The notes: generated from the letters alone by a model not told the origin. Shown: positions 36,301 through 49,983, counted from the whole stretch's first letter. The stretch is DNA of 63,985 nucleotides, filler included, from Basidioascus undulatus (GCA_000826855.1; 4 parts of 4 records of this genome joined end to end with filler, not necessarily neighbours in it); one strand, 5' to 3'. A program made the numbers and translations.

Positions 36301-37387
36301 ACTCGCCGACGCGCTCATGCAGCTCGAGCACTTCGGGCGCGTTGCGCGCAATCTGCGCCCGCGTGGATGCAGAGAGGGACGGCGGAAGGTGCGGGAGGTA
36401 CACCTGTAGAAGGCACAGGTTAGCGTGATTGCTTGCGGGGGAATATGAGAGGACGGGACGCACATTGACGAGCACCCGGAGATCGCTGAGGTATCCTCGC
36501 TCCGTTTCCACAAGCTCCATCAACGCGTGGTACCTCCCCCCCTCCGCCCTGTCGCCTGTCCGCCCCGCATCCCCAACCTCGACGCTCGTCAGGCTCGTCC
36601 CAGCGCTCTTGGGGCTGCCGAGCGGACTCGTCGGCGGCGGGCTCGGCGTCCGACTTCGCGCCTCGACGGTGGCGGCCGGGGAGACGGACGCGGGGGGGAT
36701 CGGACCAGGCGGGGGTGGGGGCAGCGGCTTCTCGGCCCACGAGCGCTCGAACGGGTTCGGCTCGACTGTGCCGCCCGACACGGAGGAGCGGCGGCGGACG
36801 AGGAGCGCGGGCGGGAGTGAGGGGGTGGACGGCTGGCCGATGGAGTTGGAGCGTGGGCGCGGGGAAGGGGTGGATGAGGGAGGGGAAGAGGCCGGAGGTA
36901 GGGGTGCGAGCAGGGGAGGGGTGAGGAGCGAGGACTGTCGGACGGGGATGATGACTGGAGAGGTGCGCGCCGTAGGGGAGCTCGGAGAGGTCGGGGAGGT
37001 GGGAGACTGGGGCGCAGGGACGGATGCGCTGCCGGGGACGGGGGAGAGCGTGGACGGCGTCGATGCGGGCGTGGTGAGGACCGTCAGGCTCACTCGTTGG
37101 CTGTCCCTTCTCGCTCGCCATACATCGTCCCCTGCCCCCGCCAGACCCCCGACTCCCATTGCACCGTCGATGCTCGAGCGCCGGCTGGAGGACGAGGCGG
37201 TCTCGAGCGCGATGCTGGGAAAGGGAAAGCCGCCGGCGCCCGAGCCGCTGCGATGGCGCGCGTGCTGGGCCTGCGTGGACGGCTCCGACGGCGCGAGGCT
37301 GAGAGGCGGCGAGGAGAGCGGGGTGACGAATGGGGACGAGTACGGCGAGGACGAGTATGGCGACGTCGCGGGGAGGACGTCGGCCAT
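33344..37387 (-). CDS. Rho guanine nucleotide exchange factor (DH-PH) with long Ser/Pro-rich termini
   Basis: RYHALMELVETERGYLSDLRVL (DH start), LHLRDYLIKPVQRVCRYPLVL (DH conserved region), YLGAFLYERFLLLVKV and FEIGAACAQEKAIW (PH). Confidence 0.9.
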
Positions 37388-39393
37388 GATTTTGGGGGGC
37401 GCCGAAGTGGGTCGACCGGCTCAGAGAGCGAAGGGAAGGTATCGACGGGCGGTGGGGGTGGAGGGACGTGGACAAGGGAATGCTGAGGAATATGAGGAAT
37501 GTCGAGGAGGAGGAGGAGAAGAATTGATTCAGACTGAACGAGGGGCGGGTGTAGACCGGTCAGCGAGCGTGATGAGGAATGGGGATGGATAAACCAGACT
37601 GGGCTGGCCAGTGCCGCGTCGAGCGTCGAAGGCTAGGAGCGCAGACTCTCGCCAGACCCCAGCCTCTATCCAGCGCAGGGAATAGGCTGCCGCCGGCTTC
37701 CAATTTCCTGCAGCAGCAGCAGGAGCCAAGGGGCAAGAGCAGGCGCACGTTTCGCTTCGACCAGCCACGGCTGCCTCAGCCTGACTACTGACCGCCCCCT
37801 TCGCCTCTCCCTTCCCCTCCTCGCTCGGCCTCCCTCTGTCCAGCAATAAACCTGCATCCAGCACGTCTGCCAGGCCATTAAGGACGACAGGAGGGATACG
37901 CGCGCCCCTAATCGCTGCCGAGGTCCAGCGCAGCAGGAGGCCGAGCAGAGGCCCAAGCTCGACCGACCAAAACTCACCTTCCGGCAACCGACAGATTTCC
38001 AACGCGACGGCCAGCCCCGGCGCGCTCCCGCGTACTTTCCGCTCCTGACTGCCGATGAAAGCGACGGGCACGGCGGGGACGGCGTGGACGGCGTGGACAG
38101 CGACGGCGGCAGGGTCGGCGGGGGGGACGATGAGGGTAGAGATTCAGACAAGGGGCAAGGGGCAGCTCGGAACCAGCCGCAGGGGACGGGGAGTTTTGCA
38201 AAGTGCGGGGCGGCGATCACCGCTTCGAGCTCGTCAGCGACAGACAGCCCTGAGTGACATTTGGCTCTTTTTTTCCTCCTTCCTCCTGCTCCCACCCTTC
38301 CTTCCGCTTACGTTCTAGTCGACTTTCCACTTTCCGTATTCGCTTGGTTTTACAGGTCTTTGTCATTTGATATTCTCATCACACTACGCCCATCGTTCGC
38401 AGCCTTCCACACCGCCGGAGCGCCAGCGGAGGTCTTGAACTGCATCCGGCCTGGAGCAAGCCGCTGTGGACGTGATCAGTGTCCACTCGTTGTAGAACAG
38501 ACTCAAGGCTTTCCACGCATTCAACGTCCCGGATTGTACACATGTCCATATCCGTCAATCCAAAGAACCGTACATTTCAGTAGAAACGACCATTGAAACG
38601 CGCAGCAGGCAGATGACCCTCTAACAGCTTCGTCTCAACGGCCGTTCACTCAACTCACCCGCCTCTCTCACGCTACTCACACCTCCTTCCAACACAGGCG
38701 AACCCACCTTCCTCTAGTCCTCATTATCCTCTCACCACCCAACCACCCAATAGCAACAGCCATATCCAGGCCCAACGACAGCCAGGGCCAAGCCTGACAG
38801 CCACCTCCAACAGTGACGTCACCGTCTTCTCTCGCGACGATCGACAGGGTTCGAGTTCGATTCGCGGTGGTGGGGAGTGTTTTTCCTTGAGTTCTCCGCG
38901 ATGTGGGCTCCACTCCTCGTTGTCGGTGGCTCCACAGTGCTCTTCAGCCTCCAGTCTTCAGCCAAGTAAATGACCGGCTTGGCTGTGGAGTGTTGGGTAT
39001 GGTTGCTTGGCTTTAGGTACGACGGCGATGGATCTTCAATGCGAGATCGAGAACTTGCACCTGAGCATGCAAACCGGTGCAGCGTAAAAAGACAGCGACA
39101 TGACCTTTGCCGTTCGAGCCTGAAGCCATTCAAAGATCCCTTGCGGCTTTCCATTGAAGGTGGGAACGTCGATTCGAAAGGCGAAGCTCTAAATGTCCGC
39201 CAGCCGCACACCGATATGATCGCACAGCTACAAATTGATCCCGGTATAAAAACGAACTCGCAAAAGAAAAGACTGCGAAAATCCACCAGCTAAAGCCCTA
39301 CACGTCCTCCAACGTTCCTCTATTCATTGCATCCTTAGCGCATAATCATTCTCCTCTCCCCATTTCATCCTGAGAGTGCAGCAACGCAAAAAC

Positions 39394-41658
39394 TCAAGTC
39401 ACAACAGCCGCGATCATCGCCCGTGTCCCCCTACTCGGGTCGTGCGTGAACATGATCTCGCCGAGAGCTGGTGGGTCCCTGCCGGTTCGTTATTGGCGAT
39501 ATCGATGTTTTGGCCGATGCTCTGTAGCGGGTTAGGGTGGGCATAGTCAGCGGTGAGCGCTTGAGGGGGAGACAGCGGAAGGTGAAAGCGCGTGAAAGCG
39601 CCTGCTCGCTGCGCACCGTTTGATCCGTCCAGTACCTTCCAAGAACACCCCCTTCTCCTCTCCATCAGCCACCCAGCACTTTAAGATGCCCGGGCCCTAA
39701 GTGGAGCTCCGCACATAGGTGATCGTGACGGTGCTGGAAGGAGCGCGTGCAGTCCGCTGTCGTATCTGCCCGTTTCTCGCATAGCGACTCCCAGCCTTCA
39801 AGCGCAACGCACCCGCTCTGCGGCAGCTCCAGATCAAACACAGTCTGGTCCCCCACCTGATTCCCCGTCCAGAACGTCTTGTCCCGCGTGACTTGGGCGG
39901 CCCAACCCGAAGCGTGGGCTGGGACGAGCGGGCGTGAGGGTGGTCGAGGTCGAGTTGCACATCGGGACGTAAGGGGGCGCGACTAGATCCGGGTTACTTG
40001 GACAAAACTCGTTTCTGGGTTGTTTAATTTCCTGGTCAGCATTGTGCTTTTGGGGACCATTGCTCGCGTTTCGAGGTACGCACTTGAAGTATGTCGTCCG
40101 TTTCCGGCGCAAGCTTGCCAGCCTCGTACTCACACGGAAGCGAGCAAAGGACGGTGCTGAAGTAGGAGGTTACGGGCCCTACACGTACGGGCCGTATCGT
40201 CAGCTCCAACCAGAGCAGGGCATTAGAAAGGGAGCCAATGAACGAGCCATCAAGCCGTGCCTCTTCAGGCCGATGTGCCGAGTTTCGGTTTCTCCTCTGA
40301 TCAAGAGTCAGCTCGGAAAGTCAGATCCGTATAGTATACCAGGGACTTACTCGCTCGTGATGTAGTAGTATTTGTCCAGGGTTGACGCATCGTTGAGGAT
40401 CAAGGGCAGGAGCACAAGCCGGAGGCTCTGCGAAGCTTGACTGTCAGGCGAGGGGAAAATGAAGGATTTGAAAATAGCTCTCACGATAACCGGTGCTCGC
40501 AGTACTATACAATGGGAGTATGCAAGTCGCCGCAGATATCGGGTCGTTGCTGTATTCGTCCAAATTGCTCAGGTCAGCCGCCGCGTACCCGCGACGACCG
40601 TACCCGGACGACGCACAGGAGTGCCAAAAGCTGCACATGCATGATGGCCGGCTTTTTGGGAATAATCATTAGACCATGCATAAGGGACTCCATGTTGACC
40701 GCAGCGTCCTGGTTGTGCCTACCCCGCGACTTGAAGCTTTCAGCGGGCATGTCCCCCACGGCAAAACGGGGCCACGACAGGGTGCGCACCGGAAATCGTT
40801 GATGGCCGTCTGGATGAGAACGAGGTCCACATCATAGTCTATGTGCGCCCGAAAGCACGGCTTGTGGAAGTCGGAGCCCTGCGCTGTCCGAGCAGGGATC
40901 CGTCAGGTCGAGGGGGCTGGTTGCGGACAGGCCGAAGGATTCACCTTGGACTGCACCGTTCGAAAAGGAAACCTGCGAGTCAGGGGAGGCTTCCTAGAAC
41001 CATTTCCGTATTTGCTCTGCCGAGAGTCCTATGAGACCTTCCCCAGAGCAGGGATATCCGGGAAACGCACGGTGGTAGATGCGATCTGAGCACTCCGTTA
41101 CCCCGTGGCCATGACTGACTGAGCCGCCCTGAGTATCCATGAAGATGAGCCAGGCTGTACTCATCCTGAAGCATCAGAGCACGTACCAGTACGCCAATCT
41201 GATGGGTTCCTCACGGCGCGCTTTGCGCATCACTTTCCGTAACCCCACGGCGGGGCCAATGTACACCCTCGATGCGAGCAGCGCGGCCTCCCTGTGAACA
41301 TCCAGATCTGGTTCAGCGGACCTGGGTTTCTTGCTGAGATTTGAAGAACGTGGCGTATCCGTACTCCTCGCATAGCTCATCTCCCTCCCCGCACTCTTTC
41401 CACACCTTCCCGGCGATCTCGCACTGCTCCTTCGTTGCGGTGGCGGCGCCTGCGCAAGCTGCTCAAAATCGGTAGCTCAAGTGGGACGATTACGGCCGGT
41501 GAGGGGGGTGCGCATTCGATCCAGCTCCCATCCCGGTAGGTGGTCAGAGTCCCCAGTGGTACGAACGCCCCGAATAGGATAAGGAAGGCGAGGCCGGCGA
41601 TGAGCGCGACACGGAACCCGCCCACCCTGCGGTGAGGAGTAAGTGCGCCGACAGCCAT
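39394..41658 (-). pseudogene. CAP64/CAS3-like SGNH-fold type II membrane protein gene, disrupted
   Basis: N-terminal TM segment VALIAGLAFLILFGAFV; LRKVMRKARREEPIRL, GGSVSHGHG, CFRAHIDYDVDLVLIQTAIND, MESLMHGLMIIPKKPAI, ETRHIGLKRHGLMA, DKTFWTG, ITYVRSST*GPGILKCWV; in-frame TAG at 39697-39699 plus frameshifts. Confidence 0.72.
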
Positions 41659-42598
41659 AGTGCAGTGGAGAGTGAGGACGCAAGCGTGCTTGATAGCCAT
41701 AGCTTCTTCGATTACCAGTCAGGCACTTGGGACCCGACCGACGGCCCGACGGGAAGGCACGCATTGAATCAGCAAGGATGAAGCAGTTCGAAACGTCTCA
41801 CCTTTTCCAGATTTCTCCCAGTCCAGGAAAAGATCAACAGAGCTCATGACAGATAGTTTTCATCCATTTATCTTCGTAAGTTGAACATGACAACCTTGTC
41901 CGTGGGTTCTTTCGTTTGGGCCGACTTGTGCAGGCTGCTCTGGCGTTTGTTAGTCGAGGCGGCCCGATGTGCGCTGCCGTGCTTTTCAGCCACGAGGTCG
42001 AGCATTTTTCAATCCAGGAAATCAACCGTACTATGAGTCAAGGAACGGATCCAAAAAAAAACCACCGAAAAGAAATTCAGACACAGATGTGCAGCCGCGG
42101 GCCCGAAGAGCAACATTGCGATGGCGTCGAGACATAACTGCTGCAAACAAGCACCAATTGTCTTAAGTATGCTTGGATAATCTAAAGCAAATGCGGGGGT
42201 GGCATAGTGCAGGTGACTTTTCGGCAAGTCGCCAAAGCCCCTCGAAACGACCTCCCGAACTAGGATTCCTGCGCCTGTCAGACTCAGACGGCGCCTAATT
42301 CCCACTGGAGACGTGCAGTAAATGCAATAAAAAAAGTGCTTGTTAGAGCTGCTTGCGAGGCCGGTGAAGCTATCCTGATAGGACGCAAGTCAACGTGGAC
42401 GCGCAGTTTCCACCCGGATGAGAACCCAACTGCTGACGACAGAAACCAACAGAAACCAAGACGACAAAGTACTTTCACAGTGTGTTTACCCAACTAAATC
42501 TCCCCATTCGTTCACATAGCCTTGTTACGCAGTCCCGGCCCAGACACAACAGGCAAGATTGAGTGCGTGGCATACTTCATGCACTCCCGCGAAACCCT

Positions 42599-44617
42599 CT
42601 AGGCCTGCACCCGCTTGCAGACCACTTTGTGTGCGAGCCCATCCCTGAAAAAAGTACGATGGGTCAGAAGCAATGCGCAAGAGCAAAAGATCTCTACCTT
42701 TGACGCACCTCTTCTGATGCTCCGCCGAACAGTATCTGACCTTCTTGCAGACGCTGCACTGCTTGTCGCCTTTCCCGTTGCACTCGCGAGCGTTGCACGC
42801 GTCCGCGCTCTTCCGGGGAGCGGATGGCGTCGGGTTGGCGGTGGGAGGGCGGAACATAGGTGGGCCGCTTTCAGGCATGTTGGGAGTGCCGCTTGCCTGG
42901 CCCAGGATCGCTTTTGCGCATTCGTGCATCAGTGCAGACCCGCCTTCGTAAACGCAGGAAGGACGCACTGTCGGTCATTTGCTGCCAGAGGACGGGGAGA
43001 ATGCCGCCCGCTTCCTTGAAAGCTGTGGCGGCGCGATTGGCGCGCTCTGAAAGACGTCCGTTCTCGGTGCAGACTGTGCTCCTACTAGAGCGTAAGCGGC
43101 GGAACAGTCGTTCTGGAAAGCTTCGAGAATCGACTGACGGTGAGACGCGGACTGGCGACGAAGCGGGCCGGACGTCCACAGTTTGAAGAGAACGATCTAA
43201 TGAACTTGACCAGGTTGGCTGCAGCGATGTCCCATCGACACGGGTAAGCCGAGCGGCGACGGACAAGCCGGGAAAGAGAAAGTCAAGTACGTACGAAGGT
43301 GGTGCTGCGGATTGAGACTGCGCGCATGGGGCGCCACGGCCACGATGAATTCGAGCATTCCAGCGTCGATCAGACGACGAACGACGTCGCTGAAAATGAC
43401 ACCGCGTAAGTAGGGACGACGACAGCGCAGAGAAATTGAATGCGCAAAGGTCAGGTGTACGCACGGCTTCAGATCATGCGACGTGTCCCTCATCGCGATG
43501 AACAGCACCCTCAAGCCCGCTTGCAGCAGCATGTTCTCGCTCCGCTCCAAGCTCGGCTTGCCCGCCGCCTTGGTGGACCGGTCGAGCAGCTTCTGGAGCA
43601 GGCCGGCTTCGCAGGCGACGTCGTCCATGAACTATCCACATGCCTCGTCACCGGCATCCTTCTGGATCATGACGCCCAACAGCCGGACCTGAGGGAGCAG
43701 GTGTACATCGGAGCTCTCCTGGAAAAGGCGGGAGAAGTGCGAGAGGAAGGTCGAGGTAGGGGCGACGGCCAGGACGCGCGATACGGGCGCCGGGGATGTG
43801 GCCCCGAGGACGCAGTGAAGAGTCTCGGCATTCACGCTGAAGGACTCGTGCGTGGGCGGTATCGCAACCAGAGGCAGGTGAGGCAGGTGAGAGCGTGAGG
43901 TTGAAAGGCCATAGAGCTGCGACAGTACGCCGGATCGGGTCGGTCAGCCAGGACGGCAGCCGGGCAGTCAGTCATCAGACAAGCGCACCTTCTGAACGTA
44001 TCGTCCGCCTTTTCCTCGTACTTGTAAAGCAAGTGCTCGACAACATAGCGCGATATGTCGCATTCTGGACCCTCTCCTGTCAACGAGGCTTGGTCCTGCC
44101 AGATCTGTACCGCGTTCATCAAGCTCGGAAAGCCGTCCTGCAGCTCGCGAAGCGCCACCTGGTCGGCAGGCCTCGAGCCTTCTGCAAGGCGTTGGTGAGG
44201 CAGCTGAGAGCGCACAGCTGAGACGGCTCCCACTGCCGAAGAGGGGTAAGTAAGCAAAACTTGGGGTAAAACATACGAGAATGATGCTCACGATTTTGAA
44301 GTCCTCGGCTTTCGAAGTCAAGAGGAAACGCTGTACCAGCGCCGAAGTGACCGACCTCTGCGTCGCGCAGGCCCGCCTGAGTTGGATAAAGGGTTCAGCA
44401 TTTGACTGGCTCGTCATCCTACCAGCGTCAGGGCGCACCCAGACGGTGTAGTCCTTTTCGATCAGCGTAGACATCTCGTTGAGAAGTCGTCGGGTCCGAG
44501 GGCTTTGAGTCGGGCAACGGCCTCTCCAGGGTCGGATTGGATCTGACGTGCCAGTTCGGGATCATACGGCGCTTTGTCGGCGCCCTGCTCCGGAGCGTTC
44601 TGTTCAGCAGACGACAT
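42599..44617 (-). pseudogene. Helical protein with C-terminal MYND zinc finger, disrupted
   Basis: CNAREC...CSVCKKVRYCSAEHQKR|DGLAHKVVCK; frameshift near 44483 (DDF/NEMSTL) and in-frame TAG at 43632-43634. Confidence 0.7.
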
Positions 44618-44813
44618 GGTCGCGAGGTCGTTGCGTTCGAATGGATGAAGGGTAAGAGGAACCAACGTTCTCCTTGCTCTGCGTAAGCTTCCGCTGCACT
44701 CACTGGCATCGCCAAAATACATGTCCCAAATGCGGAAAAGCCCGCGTGCCTGTCTTACCAATATCGTGCGAAGATTAATGTTTCGTAACAATCAAGCCAT
44801 TTTGTATAGCAAT

Positions 44814-47415
44814 CTATTCCTTCTCAGCCTTCGCCCTTTCCACTCCTTCCCGCACGCCCTGGCCCTCAGCAACCGCCGCCGCCACACCGCCGACTCTCTC
44901 GCCGAATCCGCGCCCGCTGCCTCCTTTTTGTATTCCCTGACCCTCACCCAAGTGGTCGTCGACAGTGTCCGCGTCATTCCAGAAGAGCGTCACGCCTTGC
45001 AGGTCGACGCCGACGCCGGCGCCTGCACATTCGAAACAACGTCAGCGCTGTCCCCACAGGGTGAAGATGCGCAATAAAGGAAGGGCGGACCCTTCGTAAA
45101 GTCGATATCGATTTTTTTGACCTCGAAGGGAGACGTGTGGAACGCAAGTACAAGCCAGATCCAGCCGATCGATACCTGTGCGTGTCATCGACTCGTGAGC
45201 TGTACATCCAAAGGCAGCACACTGCGTACTGCAGGACGTACCTGCCCGTAGACGACTCGAACCTGCCACGATCGCAGACTTAGTAAACGGTCGAACACGG
45301 CGATCACCATGAGGCGAAGATGATACGCACTCTGACTTCTCGATCCGCGTCAAGCGTTAACTTCTCGGCGGGACGCATGATCCGGACCTGCAAGCTGGCG
45401 TCCCCGTCCTGCTGAATACCGCCACGAGAAGTAAGCAAGAGCATCTCAACCCAAGAACGGGAATCGCGGCCGTCCAGCAGGCAAACGCACCTCGTGCGAC
45501 CGCTCCTTCCTGCTCTCGCCAAACTCCGCAAACCGGCTGATCATGCGGTCGCTGTCCCACTGCGTCCCTTCAAACAGCGAAGGCTCTGGCGGCTCGTTCG
45601 GGCGCGCGTACGCGTCGCGCGCTTCCCAGTCCTCGAGCTCGGAAATGAGCTCGTCTGAGTACCGAGCGAGGTGGATCGAGAGGTCCGTGCCCGTTGCGAG
45701 ACCCAGGCTGGTGGCCGCGCAGCGACGATAGTGTGAGCGAGATGCGAAGGAGGGGACACAACGGGGATGGTGCGACGACGTACAGCTTCTTGCCGATCCC
45801 GCCCCACTGTTCTCGCATCCGAATTTCGATCCGGTCGAGCTCGACGAACCGCACTCCGGACTTCTGGCCGCCGCCTTTGCCTGGCAGGCCCGGAGGCAGG
45901 AAGCGTGGGATGGTGGAAGGGGTCACTTTGGGCGGGAGCGCCGTCGCCCAGTAGTGGATCCACCTGTTCCTCGGGCGACAAGCTCGTCAATCATAGCGTG
46001 CAAGATTCAAAAAGTGGACAGACGCACCGCTTCTGGCTGGGTATAGAGACTGCGCAGAGAAACTATCAGCGGTCTTGAAAGGTAAAGCTGCTAAGCCAGC
46101 AACGCACCGCCAGTCCGCCACTTGCTCGGTTCGCGCCTCTTCTCATGCTCCTCCGCAGGGAGGCTCCGACTCTTCGGCTTCATCCTCCTCTGCGTGTGTA
46201 GCCTGATGACCTCGCGCGCGCGCTCCGCGGGCGTCAGCCCGGGCTCGGCGCCCAGCTGCGCAGCTTGGATCTCCGTCGGGCTCTCGTTGAGCCCCTTCTC
46301 GGCGTCCTCCTCCGCGAGGATCGGCGTGTCTGGCGCGGGCGGCGTCGAGTCGCTCGCGGGCGAGGTGAGGTGCGAGGTCGACGATGAGGGGGAGGGGTTT
46401 ACGTGCTCGGCGATCACGGACTCGGCCGCTTCGGCTTTGGCAGTGGGGGAGGTCGGCTGCACAGACGCTCCGTCTTCCGAGTTGGCCGCGGAGGCAGAGG
46501 CGGAGGCGGAAGCCGACGTTGTGCCCGATGAGCGGCTCGGCGCGGGCTTCTTGGACTGGTATCGGCTTGGCCCAGGAAGTACGTCGGAAAGCGCCATGAG
46601 CAGACAGCACGCCATGGTACCCGAACGTCCCTTCCCAGCTGATGAGTAGATCATAAGCTCAACACGCCTTTCGCCGCAGAAGATCTGCTTGGGCGCACCC
46701 TTGCAGTGAATCACGACCACATTTTCAGGATCCTCGGCCAGAAAGCGACACACTGAAAGCCAGCTGCGTCAGTCTCAGATGCACTACTCGGCCGATCTAG
46801 TGATTCACGCACTATCACGGATTGCGAGGGGGATGTACGGCAGAGGTGGGGCGTGATGGTCGGGGAACGGGTATCGCTTGACTGCCTCTCGATCCGCATG
46901 AACGACCGATCTTCCTGACATCCCAAGACCTTCGAAAGCCTGCTCACCTTGTCCGTGGAAGAAATCGGCGTCGTAACTGTTCTCGTAGCCTGCCCACAAC
47001 GGTTAGTTTGTCCGTCCGCAGCGTTCACTCGATCTGAAAGCCTAGCCTCACACGGGCAGAAGTTGTAGATCCTCCATTTCCGCCCGTGCCTTGCCCTGTC
47101 ACCAGAGAGAGTGTCAGCTTCGAGATAGCTGAGCAGCTCCAATGTGACTCACTCAAGAAAGCGCAAGACGTCGTCTCGGGGATTCCGGTACAGGGCTTCC
47201 ATCGCCGACGCAGGATAGCCCATGATCACGATGTTGTCGCTGCTGCTCATCCATAAAGATCGCGTCCAGTTCCATCTCATCAGAGATCCTCAGGACGACA
47301 CCCAAGCAGTAGAACAGAGCGCGCACACATATGACAAATCGAGATCGATTCTCAGCTCCTTGTCCACGAAGCGCTGCTTTGGTCCCGAGACGACGTTCCT
47401 TATGAACTGGGGCAT
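44814..47415 (-). CDS. TEP1: PTEN-like phosphoinositide 3-phosphatase, multi-exon
   Basis: IRNVVSGPKQRFVD..IDLDLSY, IVIMGYPA, YRNPRDDV, IYNFCP, YPFPDHHAPP, P-loop HCK|AGKGRSG, followed by a C2-like region. Confidence 0.92.
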
Positions 47416-48011
47416 TGAGCAGGCAATTAAGGTGTCAATTTGCAAAGCCTGGATGAAATCTCAGGGGAGATTGGGGGCTAGAACGTTGAGTTGGTGAGAG
47501 GTTCGTGGTTGTTGCGAGAGGAGATGGAACAGCCTCGAGCTCGAGCTCGCTCGCTCAATGACGTCAAACAGGTGTACGTCGCACGTCTATCAAACTGACA
47601 GCATGGCATGCTCCTTGTGCATAGAGTTGCATAGAGCCCGTCCTGCACTCTTTTGCGTTGTGTCCTCGCATAAAAGGATTGAAAACACCATCAGTCAGTT
47701 CGGACCTACATACCATGCCGCCGCTCGAAACTGCATTCACAACGACAAGGGAAAGCTTCAGGGCCCCGAGTACAAGAAGATTCCGAACGCTGTTGAAAGC
47801 TGAATTTTGGATTGCAGTCCATTTCTTCAGGCGTAGGAGCTGAAATGCGATCTTTCGAAGGTCTGGGTGGCACAAAACGGGATAAAGAAGGCCTCGGGGG
47901 ACGGCCCTCGGAGCGACTGGGCTTCGTAACTGGTGCCAGCCGCAAGCGAAAGCAACGACTCGTATTGCATTAAATGCCACAAAGACAACCAACCCATCCC
48001 TCCCCGCAGAA

Positions 48012-49406
48012 TTATTTCCTCCCCATCCGAAGTGCCGATTCGCTATATTTATTCTCGCAAAAGGACGCCCGCACCCTGCACGCCGCGCGGAGCCGGTCGA
48101 CCGCCGGGTCGTCGGCGGGCATACGCCTGACCGTCAGAGCCTCGAGCCTCGGTGTGCGCGTCGGCTTTTGCTCAAGCACCTGCACGAGTAGATCAACGAG
48201 CTCCTTAAACGAGTGGTGTCTATCGAGAGAGAGCTCGAGCGTCTTAAGCGCAGGGGGGAGGACGTCCGCGAGCTGCTGGCCCCCCGACTCGAAGAGAAGG
48301 CTGGGCTCGATGTCCACGCTCTCGAGCGCGGCGTACGCGCGCTGCGAGCCGATCGTGCCCGGCATTCCGTCGGCGCCGGTCGTGCCCGAGAGCTCGAGGT
48401 GCTTGAGCGAGGGGCGGGCGTGCTCGAGCGCCTGGCCCAGTGCGGGCTGGTCGAATTCTACGTGTCCGACGATTGCCCCGCCGTTGGCGTACGAGAAGCG
48501 CTCGAGCGCGCGCGGGATGCGGAGCGCTTTGGCGAGCGCTGAGGCGTCGATGGCGCTGTACGAGAATGTCAGGTCCGTGACTGGCGAGGAGCCGTACAAG
48601 GCCGAGAGGTCCCCGTCGTCGGTGTCGGACCAGCCCTCCGCCTCGACCATGTGCGCAGTGAGCTTCCGGAGCGAGGGGAGCATGAAGCACGGGATGATGT
48701 CGCCCAGGTGGAAGCCGTTCTCGGCGCCGGGAGAGCTCGCGCTAGGGAGCGCAAACCGCGCGGGATAATCGCAGGAGGGACGGAGGGAGAGGAGGAATAG
48801 CCGATCGGGGTGCCAATGGCGTCGAAAAGAGCTGAGCACTGGAAGACGGGTTGACGTCGAGCTCGAGCAGGTTCGGGAAGAGATCGAGAAGCAGGACGAC
48901 TTGGGCGGTCTCCCAGCCCCGCTTCAGCGCGCGCAGCAGCTTCTGGCTCTGACCTGAGGCCGTGGCGGCCACTTAGAAGAGCTCGGCCTCCTCAGGACGA
49001 GTTGACCGCTCGTCGTCGTCGTCCACGTCATTAGCCTCTCCGCCCTCCTCCCCTCCCCAGACTTCTTCCCTCGAATCCTCCCACTCGCCGCCCGCCATCT
49101 CCCAAGTAAGCGAGGGATCCCGAACATGCGCCGCGAGCGCCGGGCGCGAAATGACAAGAGGCGCGGCGGGACGCCGTCCGCATGAAGGTGAGGGTGTTCC
49201 CCGAGCACGACCGAGCGGTAGAGAAAGCGCTCGGTGAACGCGTGAAGTCGACGGTTGACGAGAGGAAGTCGGACGTAATCGTACGCGGGTCCGTGGCACA
49301 AGATCTGAATAGGCACGTCCGGGTCATACCCCTGGCCAGGGGTGCGGACGGCGAGAGGAATGATTTGGACGAGGAAGTCGTCCGGGAGGTCGGTGAAGAC
49401 GGCCAT
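48012..49406 (-). pseudogene. Intronless F-box/LRR-like gene with frameshifts and a stop
   Basis: FTDLPDDFLVQII, LVNRRLHAFTERFLYRSVVL, LLLDLFPNLLELDV, LPSLRKL, RPSLKHLEL, LADVLPPALKTLEL; TAA at 48973-48975; frame changes near 49145 and 48840. Confidence 0.75.
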
Positions 49407-49778
49407 TGTGAGCGGGACACATATGAGGCTCAGATCTCATGAGTGAACGGAGAAGAGCGCGTAAAAGGACAGAAGAAAAGAAGAGGAATGGGTGGATCAT
49501 GCCCAACCAAGAGACGCCGCCGGCCCGCACGCGCCGTTGTGTCTGTGACACAAGGCTCTGTCTGTTAGCGGCGTACTTGCATATTCACGCTCAAAGCCTT
49601 CAAATGCTCCCCACTGCAGAGGTACTGCGATCGCGGGTGGGCATTCACTTGCCTGCGTACCTAGTATGTATGCAACTGAAATTGGGTTGTCTGTGAGCAT
49701 CGTATGGCGGGGGTCTATTGTCATGAACGTCTTAACAACTATTCAATCCTCGTCAACTGTCAAACCTTGCCACCTCAT

Positions 49779-49878
49779 NNNNNNNNNNNNNNNNNNNNNN
49801 NNNNNNNNNNNNNNNNNNNNNNTTAATTAATTAANNNNNNNNNNNNNNNNNNNNNNNNNNNNNNNNNNNNNNNNNNNN
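49779..49878. other. Artificial assembly spacer
   Basis: 44 N + TTAATTAATTAA + 44 N. Confidence 0.97.
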
Positions 49879-49983
49879 TGCGACGGCAATGCCAGCTGAT
49901 TTACAGTCAACCACCTTAACCACTCGGTCATCTGTTCACACTCGGCCGACTCCTTTAGGCTGTATACTGACTGGTTCATTGTC

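Noticed and set aside
33366..37592. Long + strand ORFs (492 aa and 387 aa) opposite the RhoGEF
   Set aside because: Antisense shadows of GC-rich coding sequence with no recognisable motifs
38845..38870. tRNA T-loop-like GGTTCGAGTTCGATTC
   Set aside because: No acceptor, D or anticodon stems around it
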